From Phallusia mammillata (Eukaryota): a DNA stretch of 64,000 nt. This document shows positions 39,901-53,514 of this stretch, piece by piece (the stretch's first letter is position 1; every line of letters begins with the position of its first letter). The position numbers and the translations under genes were made by a program. The notes below the pieces were generated by a model that saw nothing but the letters and a program-made list of their open reading frames with translations, ran no database searches and was not told the DNA's origin. The stretch is from assembly GCA_965637545.1 (NCBI GenBank), contig OZ281501.1:1116001-1180000 (forward strand), read 5' to 3'.

Positions 39901-42900
39901 TTTTTTTTATTATTATTTTTAGATATACATATATTTCACCCAAGTAATAGGCATCATCAGTATATAAAAGCAAATTGTTATACGCGACTGTTGTCTCCGT
40001 CTGTCGTACTGAGTTTTGGGTGACTCGTGATTTACGATATACTACACACGTAAATTACTTTCATTACTTTAATATTAGAAAAAATATATATTAGTTAGAC
40101 GAATGACTTAGTGTTTTGTTGAACTTACATTTACTGCCGTAATGTTCATTATAGTCTTCATCCACCAAGAAATGAGCTAGATGTTCAACTTTACGTTTGG
40201 AGAATACAATTAGGTGTAGAACACTAAATATTTACTTCATGTATGCACTCTGGCAGTTTTGCTTTAAATTTTTGTTGCAGTGACACCTGGTGATGTAGAT
40301 AAGTGCATTCAGAATAAATGTCCGGACTGTGCCGATTGTGACACGTGTTTCGACGAGTGCGAAGCTGGTGAGTAATTCACTTGGTTGGTCCCTGCGCATT
40401 TTTTTATTTTATAACGACATAAAAACACTCGAGCGGGGAAATTAAGCACTGCCACTGCCTGACTTAAAAACTAAAAATCAAAAATATACAATATTTTTCA
40501 ACTTAGCTTGTCGGCCTGAAAATAGTAATCATTTAAGCTTTTAATTTGCTGAGCAAGAGTGAAGCTAACATGGTACAGTATTTTTAAAGCAGTATTTTAA
40601 AGCTTAGAATTTACTGTGGAGCAAGAAGATGTGTGGAATGTAAACAAAAAAAAATCTCCAACACGAAACTGCTATTTACCCCACAAACCACATTGACAAT
40701 TTATTGCTGCTTTTTAACTATACACTGTAAATTGAAATGGTGGAAAACAAAGGGTGGGGAAAATATAAGGTGGTATGATCCACCTTTTGGGGTGGTACAG
40801 CTTAAAAGGTGTAATTTCACACCATTTTAAGACCAAATTTCCACCCGTCCTATAGTATTGGTGTAAATACCAACCCTCAGTTCTCACGAGTGTGGGTATA
40901 TGCGCAAAGGTATTTTAAAAGACGCGGTAACACATTGCTAATCGTTCGAAACAATTTGGGTACTGCAATAACTTGCAATTAGGCGGTCAATACGGGATTT
41001 AGATCATTTGGTGCTAGGATTTCTCTTCCGTTTTCATTGCGGTTAAGGTTTGGAAATATGTTCAAGCCGTGGAAATACGACATTGGAGGTTTGGAATTGT
41101 ATTTACTCTAGTATAAATGATTACTATACTGACAAATAAACCAGGTAGTATATTTGTATTTAAACAACGCATCTTTTTACAACAAACCTTCCTATAACTG
41201 CAGTCCATGTAACGTAAGTTGAAATATTTTTTCAGAAGTTTAAGGCAGATGTTAGTACCCTACATGTTACTTTTACGTTCTAAGAGCGAAATCCGTAGCA
41301 GCAATGTATGGCAGTCGCGACTTAGAACTGTAACCAAACGAGCCAGTGGCATTTTTTGAAAAAAAAAACATGCACATTTATCACGCTGGATCTCATCAAC
41401 GCGACGTATGCACGATATACAGTATACATCATAATATTAGGGAAGTAGGTAGAAATACGAGTATAATTAAAATGAACAAATTACCGGTGAAAAAGTTTTC
41501 ATTGTTAGTGAAGCTTTAGCAACACAGCAAGATATAGATTGTCGCATAACAATTCCAATTGTTACATCAGACAGAATTCTGGGATCGTCCAAGCTGAGTT
41601 GCAGGGGCATGTTTGTTTTATTATGACGTTTGCGGTTAGCCACACCCAGAGTTCAGCTTGCGCAGACGCCACGTTTTGTGCCGATTTGGAGGATTTGGAG
41701 TTTGGTTGCGGATCGGAAACAGTTTTAAGGTTTGTTGGTTATACTTTTTGTTCACCTTGCAAACTGACCAGTAACTGGATGCATATTAAAGTTTTTAAAA
41801 TGTATGGAGTTGTGTAGTAGACCTGTGCATCTCTAACCTATTTTATTGCGTGACCAAGTCAACGTTTTTTCAGAAAAAAATGGCCCACTTTCTCATCAGT
41901 ATGGCTAGCAGGTCTTGATAATTGGTACATCAGCACTTTACAAACTACTATATGGCCGACAACCTAATTAGTTCAGAAACACTGGTGCAGACAATACTGC
42001 TTGTCCATTAGTTTTTGGATTATTTTATATGCATTTGGTAATTGTTGGTTTTGTGGATTGGTTGTGTTAAGTATAAAAATACCTTTTAAAATTATATGTA
42101 TCAGCAATATAGAGTCAACCTGTAGGTTCATTAAAAGTGAGTTGTGTATGTTGTTTTTCTTGCAACTGATAAAGTATGTACATTTGAAGACAAATCTCAG
42201 ATCAAAATAAAAAAAACAATGTAAGCTGGAATTTTATGTCCACATGAAACTGAAACGTGTGTTTGCCAATGCATTTCTAAAAAAAACTTCTTTAATATTC
42301 AAGAAATGAACATCATCATGTGACTGTGCCGCCATTGTGTTGCACAATAAACTTTTGCTCCAGAAAGTATTCTTCACCAAACCAAAGGGTGTCAAAAATA
42401 TTTTACATTTCGGTTTAAATGGTGGTGTTATAGGGGTTTCGTAAAATATGACATGTTTAATTTCCAAACGAGTCAGTGAGTGCTTATGTAATGTGCAAGA
42501 GCATTCTCTGAAATGTACATATAGATAATAATTTAGGTTGCTTTTTATCTGCTGTATCATCCTTGTTACCGTCATTAAGGTTATTTTTGTTTGCAGATTA
42601 AAAAGTAAATATGGAATATCATGTGACCTGTGGTGAGAGAAAAGTGATATCAAAACTGGATGTGACCAATCAAATTGAGACTACATTCAATATCACCCAT
42701 CCATTCTCAATTCAGCTTTACTCACAAACGTTTAATGACTGGGTGGATGTAGATAATCCAACAGATTTGCCAGAAAGTGGCAAACTTCTTGTCAAAGGTA
42801 TTTGCATGTAATACAATACATCAGTTGCTTAGAAATATGCGATTAAATAATTTTTAGATTGTTTGCCGGAGATACAAAATGATAATGAGACTGCAACACA

Positions 42901-44781
42901 TCTTTCATCCTCATCTTCACTTTCAACTACATCTCCCTCAGTAGAAACTGATGGATGGTTGGTTACATACAAGCTTCCAAAACTCATTGGTGATGCTTTG
43001 GAAGATTGCAACTCTCCAAGCAAACTAACCAACAAAATTAGGAACAAAATTGTTCAACTCATCTGTGATTCAATTTTACCACATAATATGTGAGTGTGAT
43101 ATAGTTTGTTTGAAAATAGCCTGTAATGTACACATTAAATATTACTTACTGTAAAAATTAATTACAGGTACCCATCACCCTTACAAATGAGAACAGTATT
43201 AATGGAATTAGTAAAGGCATATCCAGTATTGCAAGATCAAAACAGTAGCAGTCCAATAGTAAGTAGGTGTGAGATTCTGCCCAGGACAGTACTGATTTTG
43301 GTTTGTTTTGTAGAGCACATGGGTTTGTAGTTTGCGACAAAGATTTAAAGACATAAGAAGACCCCTTCATTCAGATGTGCAAATTGCTGCTATGAAAATA
43401 AAGTATGGCGGTCGAGAAAGGCAGGATTCTTCAAGGAGGTTGTTTAAAGATGTGAGTATGTACATTTATTTATTAAAGGTTTTCTAGGTTTAGCAAGTTA
43501 GATAGGTTTATTTTCAGTTAATCACCAAAAGTGAGGTTATGTTCCAAATTGTGTGTTTGCATACAGAGTTTTGAAGATGAGGAATCCGTTGCACTGCATT
43601 CTAAAATAGCACAATTGGAGCTGGCCAAACCACATCCAAGTCATGATTTAAAAGAAGACTGCCATGTGTACATTCGAGTTTCGAAGAAATATCATTGCAA
43701 GAGGTGCAGCAAGTAATGATATTTTAGACCATGCAGTTTCCAACACTTCATGAAATCAATTTGGTAGGTGGATCTTTTCACATTATATTTAATGTACCCA
43801 TTTTAATGTAATAACCATTTTATTAAAATTGGAATGTCCAGTGATTTGTCTGTTTCAGATATTCTTGGCAACAGAATTGATTTTTAAAGTAGATGTATTG
43901 CAAACATTCATGGAAAAATTTGGTAACCAAAAATGCTGCAGAGACTGGAGAATCTTATTAAACCTAATCATAATCACCAAGTACATTTCACAGGTATATA
44001 TTAATTTAAATTTTATGTTTTAAAATATGTGTACGGTTTAAGCAATGGGTGATGTACCAATAATATTTTTATTGTTAAATTGTAATTGACTTTGAAATGA
44101 TGCTAATTTGCACAAATGCTGTGGGTTATAACTTGTTTTATGATATGCAGGAGGATGAAAGAATACTTGGTGTTTGTTGGTGGAAAGAAGTTATGTGTTG
44201 CACCTAATTTGCCACAAGCCATAGTTGCAATAATCTGCAGCTATTGGGTGTTCGACATTTGCTTTCCGAAACGATTGGTCAAGTCTCTACAACTTTTCTG
44301 CTGTATTCTAAATTTACCACTGAAAAACCGTCACATTGGTGCACAGCGTGTTTCAAACAAGCTGTAAGCGAAGTGCAAAGTAAATTTTGTGAAACCTGTT
44401 TTGCAAATAAATTTTGTGAAACCCTGTTGTACTGGAACACCTTTGCAGGTGGAGATACCGACACCCTATAGTGGTGCAGACAGCTGAGTGGTGGTTGCCA
44501 CCAAGGGGGGTAAATTTACACCTACTATGGTGGAGTTTACGGGTGGAACTTACCACCTTCGTTATCTAAAGGTGGGAAGCAACTCCACCCTAGGTTGGAG
44601 TTTGTGGACCACCAATTTTGGTGTTAGTTTCCACGACTACCATTTACAGTGTAATAACCCTTCCGTTTCTCAACCTTACTTTTTATACACACGTTTTACT
44701 TGCGACGTTCACTTGTCTATTTCAGAGGGTTTCGCGACGAATCAATGCCGTTGCTTTGGACCTTTTGAATTTTTGTTATGA
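36952..44781 (+). CDS. Cys-rich protein copy D: pseudogene or splice-shift-rescued allele
   Basis: Exons 36952-37015, 37203-37286, ~37883-38044, 38455/38457-38687, 39008-39142, 39593-39682, 40281-40367, 44726-44781. Exon 4 carries a frameshifting deletion relative to G and has lost the GC donor. Intron 7 holds a 3.9-kb transposon. Confidence 0.75.
40723..44651. mobile_element. CMC-EnSpm (CACTG-type CACTA) non-autonomous transposon in intron 7 of copy D
   Basis: Termini CACTGTAAAT / ATTTACAGTG, 2-bp TA TSD, many GGTGG/CCACC subterminal repeats. The empty site TTAACTAAAATAACC is seen at ~53470 and inverted at ~54790. Confidence 0.85.
42611..44367 (+). pseudogene. Intron-containing accessory ORF of the EnSpm element (SAMD3-like/TnpA-like second gene), probably decayed
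   Basis: Coding-like segments 42611-42800, ~42860-43090, 43170-43450, 43545-43715, 44150-44367. The C-terminal LPQAIVAIICSYWVFDICFPKRL resembles the YxFnIxYP motif of animal EnSpm accessory proteins (recalled, not searched). Confidence 0.5.
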
Positions 44782-45148
44782 ATATAGAAGATCACCCAGA
44801 TGACGACAAACAACCAAGCCACCAATGTTATTTTTATTGTTCTCACATTTTTAAGTAAAACTGTTTTCTAACCTTTTATGCTGTAACCAAACTTTGATGA
44901 ATGTATACTGTTTCGTTGTCATCATAATAAACCAGATATACATGATTTGTTTAGTTAGTGTTACTTGTTTAAGTGTAATAAGATTAAAAGCGTTGAAGGG
45001 TTCACGTTAAATAAGGAGAAAAGAAATATCAATTGTTTGCACCAGAGTTGCAAGCGGGCCCGAAATCTGAGCCCGAACCCGGCCCGAACGCGAAAGTATA
45101 AGCCCGAAGCCCGGCCCGAACCCGAAACGTTTTTGCAAAGCCCGTTTA

Positions 45149-45307
45149 TGTATTGAATGAAACAGCGACACAACAAGCCCACAGCTACAAGACACTTCGA
45201 ATGACCGTAAAGGTTAAACTCACGCTTTTATATGGGCATGCGGCAAGGTCGTCACAAGGCGGGGCAATATACTTAATGCGTCACAAGGTGGCGCAATATA
45301 CATTACA
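45149..45307 (-). repeat. 3' LTR of the Gypsy element
   Basis: The minus strand reads polypurine tract GAAGGGAAGA then TGTAAT...AATACA. TATAAAA lies inside. Confidence 0.7.
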
Positions 45308-45379
45308 TCTTCCCTTCACGAAAAAGAAGAAACAAAAGGAGAAAACTAACATCAGTATGAAAACGAAAAATACACAAGT

Positions 45380-48278
45380 CTACATTTCTTCAATTAGTCG
45401 TCTCGTCGGTTTACGTTTTCTTTTGGAACGACACGGAACATTAAAGTTGCGAACAATTTCACAATCATCAGAAACATGATGCGGCGATAAAGGTAACGTT
45501 TGCAACAGAGAAGACCTTTGAGATAAGGATTCAATGTTGCGGCGAATATGTATACGATTACGACGATAAAGTACATTGTCAGGAGTACGAACGATATAGG
45601 AGCGCGGTGACAAAACCTTGTCAATAACTCCGTCCTCTGTCCATGTGCGGCGAAGAAAATCAAACAGTTTTACAGGGGTACCAGGCTTTAAAACACTTAA
45701 TGGTTTTGAACCTACATCAAAATAACGTTTTTGTACTGTTTTTTCGGCATAAAAAGGGCGTTTGGGCAAATTATGACACCTAAGCTTTTCTTCACAAATA
45801 GGCAAATTACTTTTGGTTTGCCTTCCCATGAGCAACTGTGACGGCGATAAACCACACTGTAAAGGCGAACTACGATAAATTAACAAATTCAAAGTCCTGG
45901 CCACTGGCAACAGATTTTTTTAACAGATTTTTAACGGTTTGTACCGTCCTTTCCGCAAGTCCATTAGATTGCGGAAAATGGGGACTTGATGTTAAATGAC
46001 AGAAGTCCCAAGATTGCGAAAAACATCTAAATTCACGAGAGGAAAATTGTGGCCCGTTGTCGCTAAATACTTTAAGCGGCACACCAAAGCGAGAAAACGT
46101 TTGCTTAAGACAGGTAATAACTGCATCGCTAGAAGTGTTGTTAATACAATAAACATCGGGTATAATAATCAACAACTACTAAATACGACCGACCATTATA
46201 CGAACATAAATCAACACCTATTTTTTCAAAGGGAAACTTGGGAATTTCATGTGGATTCAAGGGTTCTTTTTGCAAACGCGGTCTGTAACGCATACATGTT
46301 GAACATGCGGACACCAAATTTGATATGTCCTTGTTAATTCCAGGCCAATACACTAATTCGTGGGCACGACCTTTGCATTTAACTTCCCCCATATGACCTT
46401 CATGCAGCTTAGCTAGAATTGACCGTCTCATTTTCCGGGGAATGACTATTTTGCTTCCTTTAAACAGGACACCATCATTTACGGACAGTTCATCACGGAC
46501 TTTCCAAAATACCCGGGAGTCTGGTGTGCAATTTGCGGAACGTTCCGGCCAACCATTGTAAACGTAATGCACGATGTCTATTGACTGGGGATCTCGTTCA
46601 GTTTCTTCACGAAGTTGCGCCATAGCATTGGAGGAGATTGGAAGTGATGACACAACCAAATGAACATAACGTTCCACATCAGCGTGTGATTGCAAATCTT
46701 CGGTTTCTAGGGAAACACTTCTCGACAAAGCATCGGCTGTGTGCATGAACTTTCCTGGAGTATAGATTACATTAAAGTCATACGAATGCAGACGTATCAT
46801 CAGACGTTGTACCCTTATTGGACAATTGTTTAAGTTTTTTTTAAACAACGGAACTAATGGTTTGTGATCAGTTTCTATGCATATGTGTTGACCATATATG
46901 AACTGATGAAACCGCTCACACGCAAATGTTACCGCAAGGAGTTCCTTTTCAATTTGTGCGTAGCGCGTTTCAGCATCAATCATTGCTCTAGAGGCGTAGA
47001 ACACAGGATACCACTCTTTGTCATGCATCTGAAGCAATACCGCACCAAGAGCTTCTTTTGAGGCGTCTGCGGATACCTTTATTGGAAGTACAGGATTAAA
47101 ATGTTTAAGAATGGGTTGGCTAGAAATTACCCTCTTTAATTCTATCCACGCTTTTTCTTCGTTACTGGTCCAGTTCCATTCACTATCTTTATGCACCAGT
47201 GAGCGAAGTTGCGCAGTTTTTTCTGACACATCGGGAATATACCGTGCAAGATAGTTCACCATGCCCAGAAAGCGTTGAACATCACGCTTGTTTGCTGGTC
47301 GAGACATCGTCTCAATGGCTCGAACCTTCTTTGGATCTGGTTGCAAACCACCTGCACTTAAAACATCTCCCATGAACGTTAAACGATTGACACAAAAAAC
47401 GCATTTTTCACGATTCAATCGTAAATTTGACTTCCTAGCTTGTTTCAAAACCATGTGGAGTCGCCTGTCATGTTCTTCTTTGGTACTGCCCCACACAATA
47501 ATATCGTCCATTGACGTGTCAACACCGTCCATGTGCTCAAACAAGGAATGTACAGCACGATGAAATACTTCTGGGGCGGACGAGATACCAAACGGTAAAC
47601 GCAAAAACCTGTACCTTCCGAAGGGAGTATTAAATGTACACAGCTTCGAACTTTCTTCGTCAATTTTTATTTGCCAAAAACCACTCACAGCATCCAACTT
47701 GCTAAAAAACCTTGCATTACTAAATTGTGACATTAATTCCTCCCGAGTAGGTAACATGTAATGTTCACGCATGATTGATTTATTGAGGTCACGGGGATCA
47801 AAACAAACACGAAGTTTTCCGTTCTTTTTGTTCACAATTACTAAGGAGTTTACCCATCTGGTTGGTTCAGTCACTTCTGTTATAACACCTAATCCTTTCA
47901 TTCTCTGAAGTTCTTCTTTCAACTTTGGTTTCAGCAGATACGGAACTTTTCGACTCGGATGGATGACTGGAGTGGCATTGGAGTTCAACCTTATTGAGTA
48001 TGTATCTGGAAGACAACCGAGACCATTAAAAATATCCTCGTATTCGCGGACAAGATTACCACACTGCTGTATAGACTCCACTGCATGTACACGATTGAAA
48101 AGCATTAACGCCTCTGCACCAAAAAGACCGATAAGTGGTTGAGTTTTAGCTTGGACAACAAAGAACTTCATCACGTGCGCATGGTTTCGGAATGTGACAT
48201 TTAAAGTGCAAACACCATACACAAATATCTTGTGATTGGCAAACGCAGTTAGCACAATATTGGTACTTTCGATACGAG
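45380..48278 (-). mobile_element. 5'-truncated Ty3/Gypsy (Mag/K02A2.6-like) retrotransposon pol: protease end, RT, RNase H, integrase, with frameshifts
   Basis: Motifs LDAVSGFWQI, PFGISSAPE, SMDDIIV (RT), ADASKEALGAVL, EKELLAV, TDHKPL, HEGHMG...CSTC, SDNGPQF, SNGLAERTV. Frame breaks near 46150 and 45890. No gag or 5' LTR. Confidence 0.92.
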
Positions 48279-49682
48279 GTGTACTGGGTATAAAAAAAAA
48301 ACTTGTTTGCCAATCTCCAGCATATAAGTGTTATTGAGAGATATTTTGTTGGACAAATACTTAATACCCTCTGTTAAGTAGATCTGGTTTTGTTTAGTGC
48401 TGTCTCTGGTTAACAACAAAAACAAAAACAATACATGACTCTTCACAACACACAAAGGACAAAAAAGGATGTTGATTGCTTATCAGAAATGTGATTAATA
48501 CATTTTCCAAGAAACAGTCTCGAAAACAACAACAGAACAAAGCACCGTAAACATGTGGGAATAAGTCATCTTCCGCTTCATCATGGTAAAGGTAAATGTG
48601 TAAGCTTGCATGATTTTAGATGTCGAAAACAAACTATGAGTTGCTAGCTGTGCAACGTGTCCTATTGTGATTCGTCTCTTCCAAGCACATGACAATAAGG
48701 ATGTAGGATAAGGGCAATTGTTAATTGCAGGCATTGCATTTTATTGCTGCAGTTTTCGGCCAACAATACTTTCCCAACATTATCGAAATCAGAGACACTC
48801 AGCCTTAGCATAATATTAACGTGAAATTAAAATACTCAAGAGAAATTTATTTTGACAATTGTTGCAAAACAAACCAAAGCGTGCTATTGTTGCAGTGATA
48901 TTGCTTGCCAATTAAACCTGATAAAAATGTGGCTGGGTTCTGATTAAAAAGAATTTTTTAAAAGACCTGGAACAGTTAGTCCCATATTTTTAAAGGAAAA
49001 CAAATTCTTTCAATGTGCAACTTGGCTGAAGCACGTTGTAAATGTTCACATCCATATAGCGATTGTTTTGGGTGGAATGCCGTCTAGCGGACATATTTTT
49101 GACTTATTAGGAGCGTGTTTACCGATCACGCCAGTACTGCGTGATACAGTGATTAATCTGCGTTGCAGGAACGGGCTTTAGGAGACATTTAAATACAATA
49201 TACAAAAGCTAAGTCATCTTCCGCAACTGAACACTGCTCATACACAAGAAAAAGGCAGGACTGTTATAAAAACCGGGGGAAATGTGACTGATACGGTCAA
49301 TAGCAATAACATGTTGTTATCTGGTAGCATGGGAAAATTGTTCGATGTGTTGGGGACGTTTCACAAACGCTTAGTTTAATCGCCACCTTAACTGGTAGTG
49401 ACCGATTGCTTGTAACCATTAAAAATCTTTGCTTGCTTTGATTTGGTAAAGCAAGTAACTAAGAACAATAAGCAAGGTTTTGATAAGGGCTTTGTTCGAA
49501 AGTAAAACTCCCAGAAAAAAATACATCCTCCTGTATGGGGCTGTAAACGTGCACGATGTTTAACCGAATTCTATTAAACCCCTATTTTACGTTTATGGCA
49601 TACTTACGGTGTTTCTAAAATAGTAATTATTTTCTGGTTAAAACTAACTTTGAAAAAAATTGTTCCTTTTTGCAAAAAAAAA

Positions 49683-52600
49683 ATGTTTGGATTGTTCCTT
49701 TTTGCTCTTGTACTAGAGTACCAGCAGACAAACGGTAAGATGCATTTCAGGGGTTGATATTATTGCTACCCAATATATACGTGACTTGCTGTTTAGGGCG
49801 TCTTGGTAAATATGTAAACGTTTTCCTTTACTAGTAGATTTTTTCTGTTGAACTCTACTCAACTTTTTTGCGGATTAATTAGCTTTATTGCATCCAGTTA
49901 ACTAATGAACTTCTATTTCAGCCTGCCCAAAATGGTGTTTTGCCAAGAACAGGTGTTACTTGCCAGTGAACGACTCATGCACCGATTGCCTTAAAGGCGT
50001 TTGCGGTAAGTACAATAGTCAGTTCACCAATACCTTAGGTCCAGGGTCGGTAACCGAGGAGTTCGTTACCTTTTCAGGTTAAATGCTGCATTTTGCCCAT
50101 GTATCCCGGTGATGATAAACTAATTTAAGCGTTTTATTGCAAAATACTTGTTGTTTTTTTAAGACCTGTACGCAATAAAATTTTACTGTTAAAAAAGGTC
50201 CGCAGTGCAAAAAAGGTTACCGACCCTTGTAATAGGTCATATGTTTTCAATATCATTTTATTCACCAAATGTTGCATGTTTTTGCTTATGGCAAACCATT
50301 GCATTGGCTGTAAATAGATACCGGTAGTGCCTAGTAATATCAAGAACACAACCTTAATACAAATCTGTCTGCTTTCTATTTAAATCAATTAGCTCAAATA
50401 TTTTTTACACTCAAACTGTTTTCACGCGAAGTCATTACCAGTTTTGCCGATTCTTGTAGTACTGTTGTTTTCAAACTAAAGAGGAAAAATTACTATTGTT
50501 CCAACAGGCGAAGACTTTCTGAATCCATTCGAAACACAATTTGGAAGAGCCTGTGTCTTTCGCGCCATGAGAAGAAATCCAGACTGCAGACAAGAATGTG
50601 GATCAGTCAACAAGAAGAAATTAAACAACTACAACAAGGCTTGCAAACAATGCCTTCGCCCATGTATTGGTAAGTTTCAAAGTCGAATTTACAAAGCTGA
50701 GATTTTGTATTTCTTGCTGATTTGTTTTCGATCTTTATCAAGGCGTTGTTATTGTTTGTTTTTTCGGAAAAACATAAGCTTTTTACTAGGTGTTCGGCAA
50801 ACTAACAAACCTGATTTGTTTCCGGCTTCCATTTGTAATAAAAACACAAATTGTTATTCCGCTAAAATCATATTAACGATATACTAATACATAAATCGTC
50901 CTGATCCACGCATGCTGAACAGACGATTTCAGTCACATATATTGACATTTATTAGCTGACTAATTCAGCACACTTTAATCAGTCTGTATATTTATTATTG
51001 CAAAACCTTTGGCGATCGATTTCGCCCAAATATATGGCATCGTCAGTCCTTATTCAAATAGAATACCTAAAATCAATGTGATGTGTAAGAACAAAAATCA
51101 ACAAAATAAGGTTTCAACTTTGCCTTGTACAATCGCATTTGATCATAAAGCCCTGAAACGTGAGATCCTGTCATGACGAGTATTTCGCTTTATATGCGTG
51201 TGGTAACTTTCCACGCAAATTTGTAAAAACTTACTGCTTGACTTTGTTGCCTGAAAACGAAAAACTCGCGTTTGTTTTTTAGAGGAGGCCAAAAATGCAT
51301 CAGCGAACTACTGTGAGGCCCCCCCAGGTCCCCCAGGCCCCCCAGGCCCCCCAGGCCCCCCAGGCCCTCAAGCCCCTGCATCACAACCCTTAGCAACAGA
51401 CTTTCTAATCAATCCTGTAAAACTGGCGATGGAAGTGATGAAACCGAGCGCCGCCGAAAATGTGACGATGCCTCCCCAGCCATGCGCTCCCTGTTACGAC
51501 GGAACGAGCTGTCTAACTGAAATGGAAATGATTGAAGTGCCACCGTTTTGTCTTACATATCTCCTTTTAAAATGCTTATGCAAGTGAAAATTGATATTCT
51601 TTAAAAACAAGCTGCAATGTTTACCTTGGAGCAGTTTGTTTTTTTGCAGATTTAGGCGATTTTGTTTTACTGCATATCAAGTTTAAAAGCTTTAGCCAAT
51701 CATTAGTTACGAAAATGTTTCGGTCCTCACTTCGCAAAAATGGATTTGACTTGACAACGCGACCTGCATAGGACGTCAAACGTCGGAATGAAACAACAAT
51801 TGCTAAAAAACTCTATAAACTAAATGTTATGCCTGGCAGCAATATCTTATTTAAATAAGTTGATAGTTTTTTAAAAGAAATTTTGGCCTACACAGTTCAG
51901 TGACCTCTATAATCTGTGTAGTCAACAACGAAACCGACACCAACCAAACGACCTTGGAATGCTTTGCCGAGCATTGGAATGATTCATGCTCTACTTGTCC
52001 CGTAGACTTTGATCGTACGCTGCGAAGAGTGTATCACTACTTGTCCAGGTAAGAAACTTTGTAAACCTTCGCCATTACAAATGCCATGCTTGCTAATAAA
52101 CAGTGATCACAAGCAAATTTGTAAAACAGCCCAAAATGCTTGTACGGAAACCTAGCACACGTTGTTCGTTAATAACACAAAACTCGTTTTAAACTTGATT
52201 GCATGACCCAGAGGAAGACGTCACTAACAATGAAGTCATATGTTTGCTCAAAACTAAAAAAATGGCTTTGAGGTGACCGCATCCAAATTTGCAAAACGGT
52301 CATGCGTTCGTAAACACATAAATAGCTAGCTACGACTCTTTTGATAAATTACTCAAATATATGCAGACAAGGTATTTTGTGACGTCACGGTCGCATTACG
52401 TCATTGGTTCACTTGTGACGAGCACCTTGTGAAATCTGCAATATATCAATCTGACTTTTTGTGCAAGCCGTTGTATGTTGTTGTTGTTTGTTTCAGAAAG
52501 GATCACATGTGGATTGAGCTGCCCGTTTAACAGAACAATGTACCCAATGAAGATGCCATGTGCAGAATGCGCTAGTCTCTGCAGAGGTGAGTTTACCTTA

Positions 52601-53514
52601 AATATTAATACAGCCCTTCACAAATTGTTGCCTAATTATTTCATCACATAATATCAGAGGTCGCCGGCCGCGGATAAACTGCTACCATGAGTTCAAATCC
52701 CACCGCAGGTTGCATTTTTTAGTTTTCATTGGAAAAGGCCCTCGATTAGATATTTCACAAGCGTAAAATAGCTACAGGCTGAAAACGTTGGCAAGTCTGA
52801 AGTTGTCCATCGTGTTTTGGGATTATATATAACTTATATATAGTTTTGTTGGACTTACATTTACTGCCATAAGGTTCGTTATGGTCTTCATCCACCAAGC
52901 AATCAACTGGATGTTTAACTTTACGTTTCGAGAATACAATTAGGTGTAGAACGCTAATTATTCACTTCATTTTATCACTCTGGTAGTTTTGCTTTAAATC
53001 AAGCCGCTTTTGTTGCAGTTACACCTGGTGATGTAGATGAGTGCATTCAGAAAAAATGTCCGGATTGTGCCGATTGTGACACGTGTTTTGACGATTGTGG
53101 AGCTGGTGAGTACTTGGTCCGCTCATTTGGTTGGTCATACCCTGCGAATTTATTGGCGTGCTTGAGTGAAGCTAACATGGTACACATGAAATCGTCAGGA
53201 ACGCTTGGTACTGATGGGTTTGCACGGTTCATGGCGCGACCTAAAAATTTCTAAACGCATTTGGCCAAAAGACGTAAATCAGTTAAAACAACGTCATAAA
53301 CGAGACGGGTTAATCAAATACGTGTTTGGAAAATCTTTCAAAGCAGTATTTTAAAGCTTAGAATTTACTGTGGTGCAAGATGTGTGGAATGTAAACAATA
53401 ACAAACCAAGCCTAACACAAAAGTGCTTATTTTTACCCCACATAACACTTTCACAATTTATTGCTGCTTTTTAACTAAAATAACCTCGTTTCCCGACCTT
53501 ATAAATTTTTGTAA
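49683..53514 (+). pseudogene. Cys-rich protein copy E (frameshift in exon 5, last exon broken)
   Basis: Exons 49683-49734, 49922-50005, ~50508-50669, 51283-51579 (GC donor), 51922-52048 (11-nt deletion vs D), ~52497-52586, ~53020-53106. The exon-8 acceptor is deleted at ~53485. Confidence 0.82.
50041..50229. mobile_element. MITE in intron 2 of copy E
   Basis: TIR C(C/A)AGGGTCGGTAACC / GGTTACCGACCCTTG. Absent from the C paralog intron. TSD only partly conserved. Confidence 0.65.

Noticed and set aside
51190-51396. Minus-strand Gly-Leu-rich ORF (GLGGLGG)
   Set aside because: Antisense reading of the GPP minisatellite
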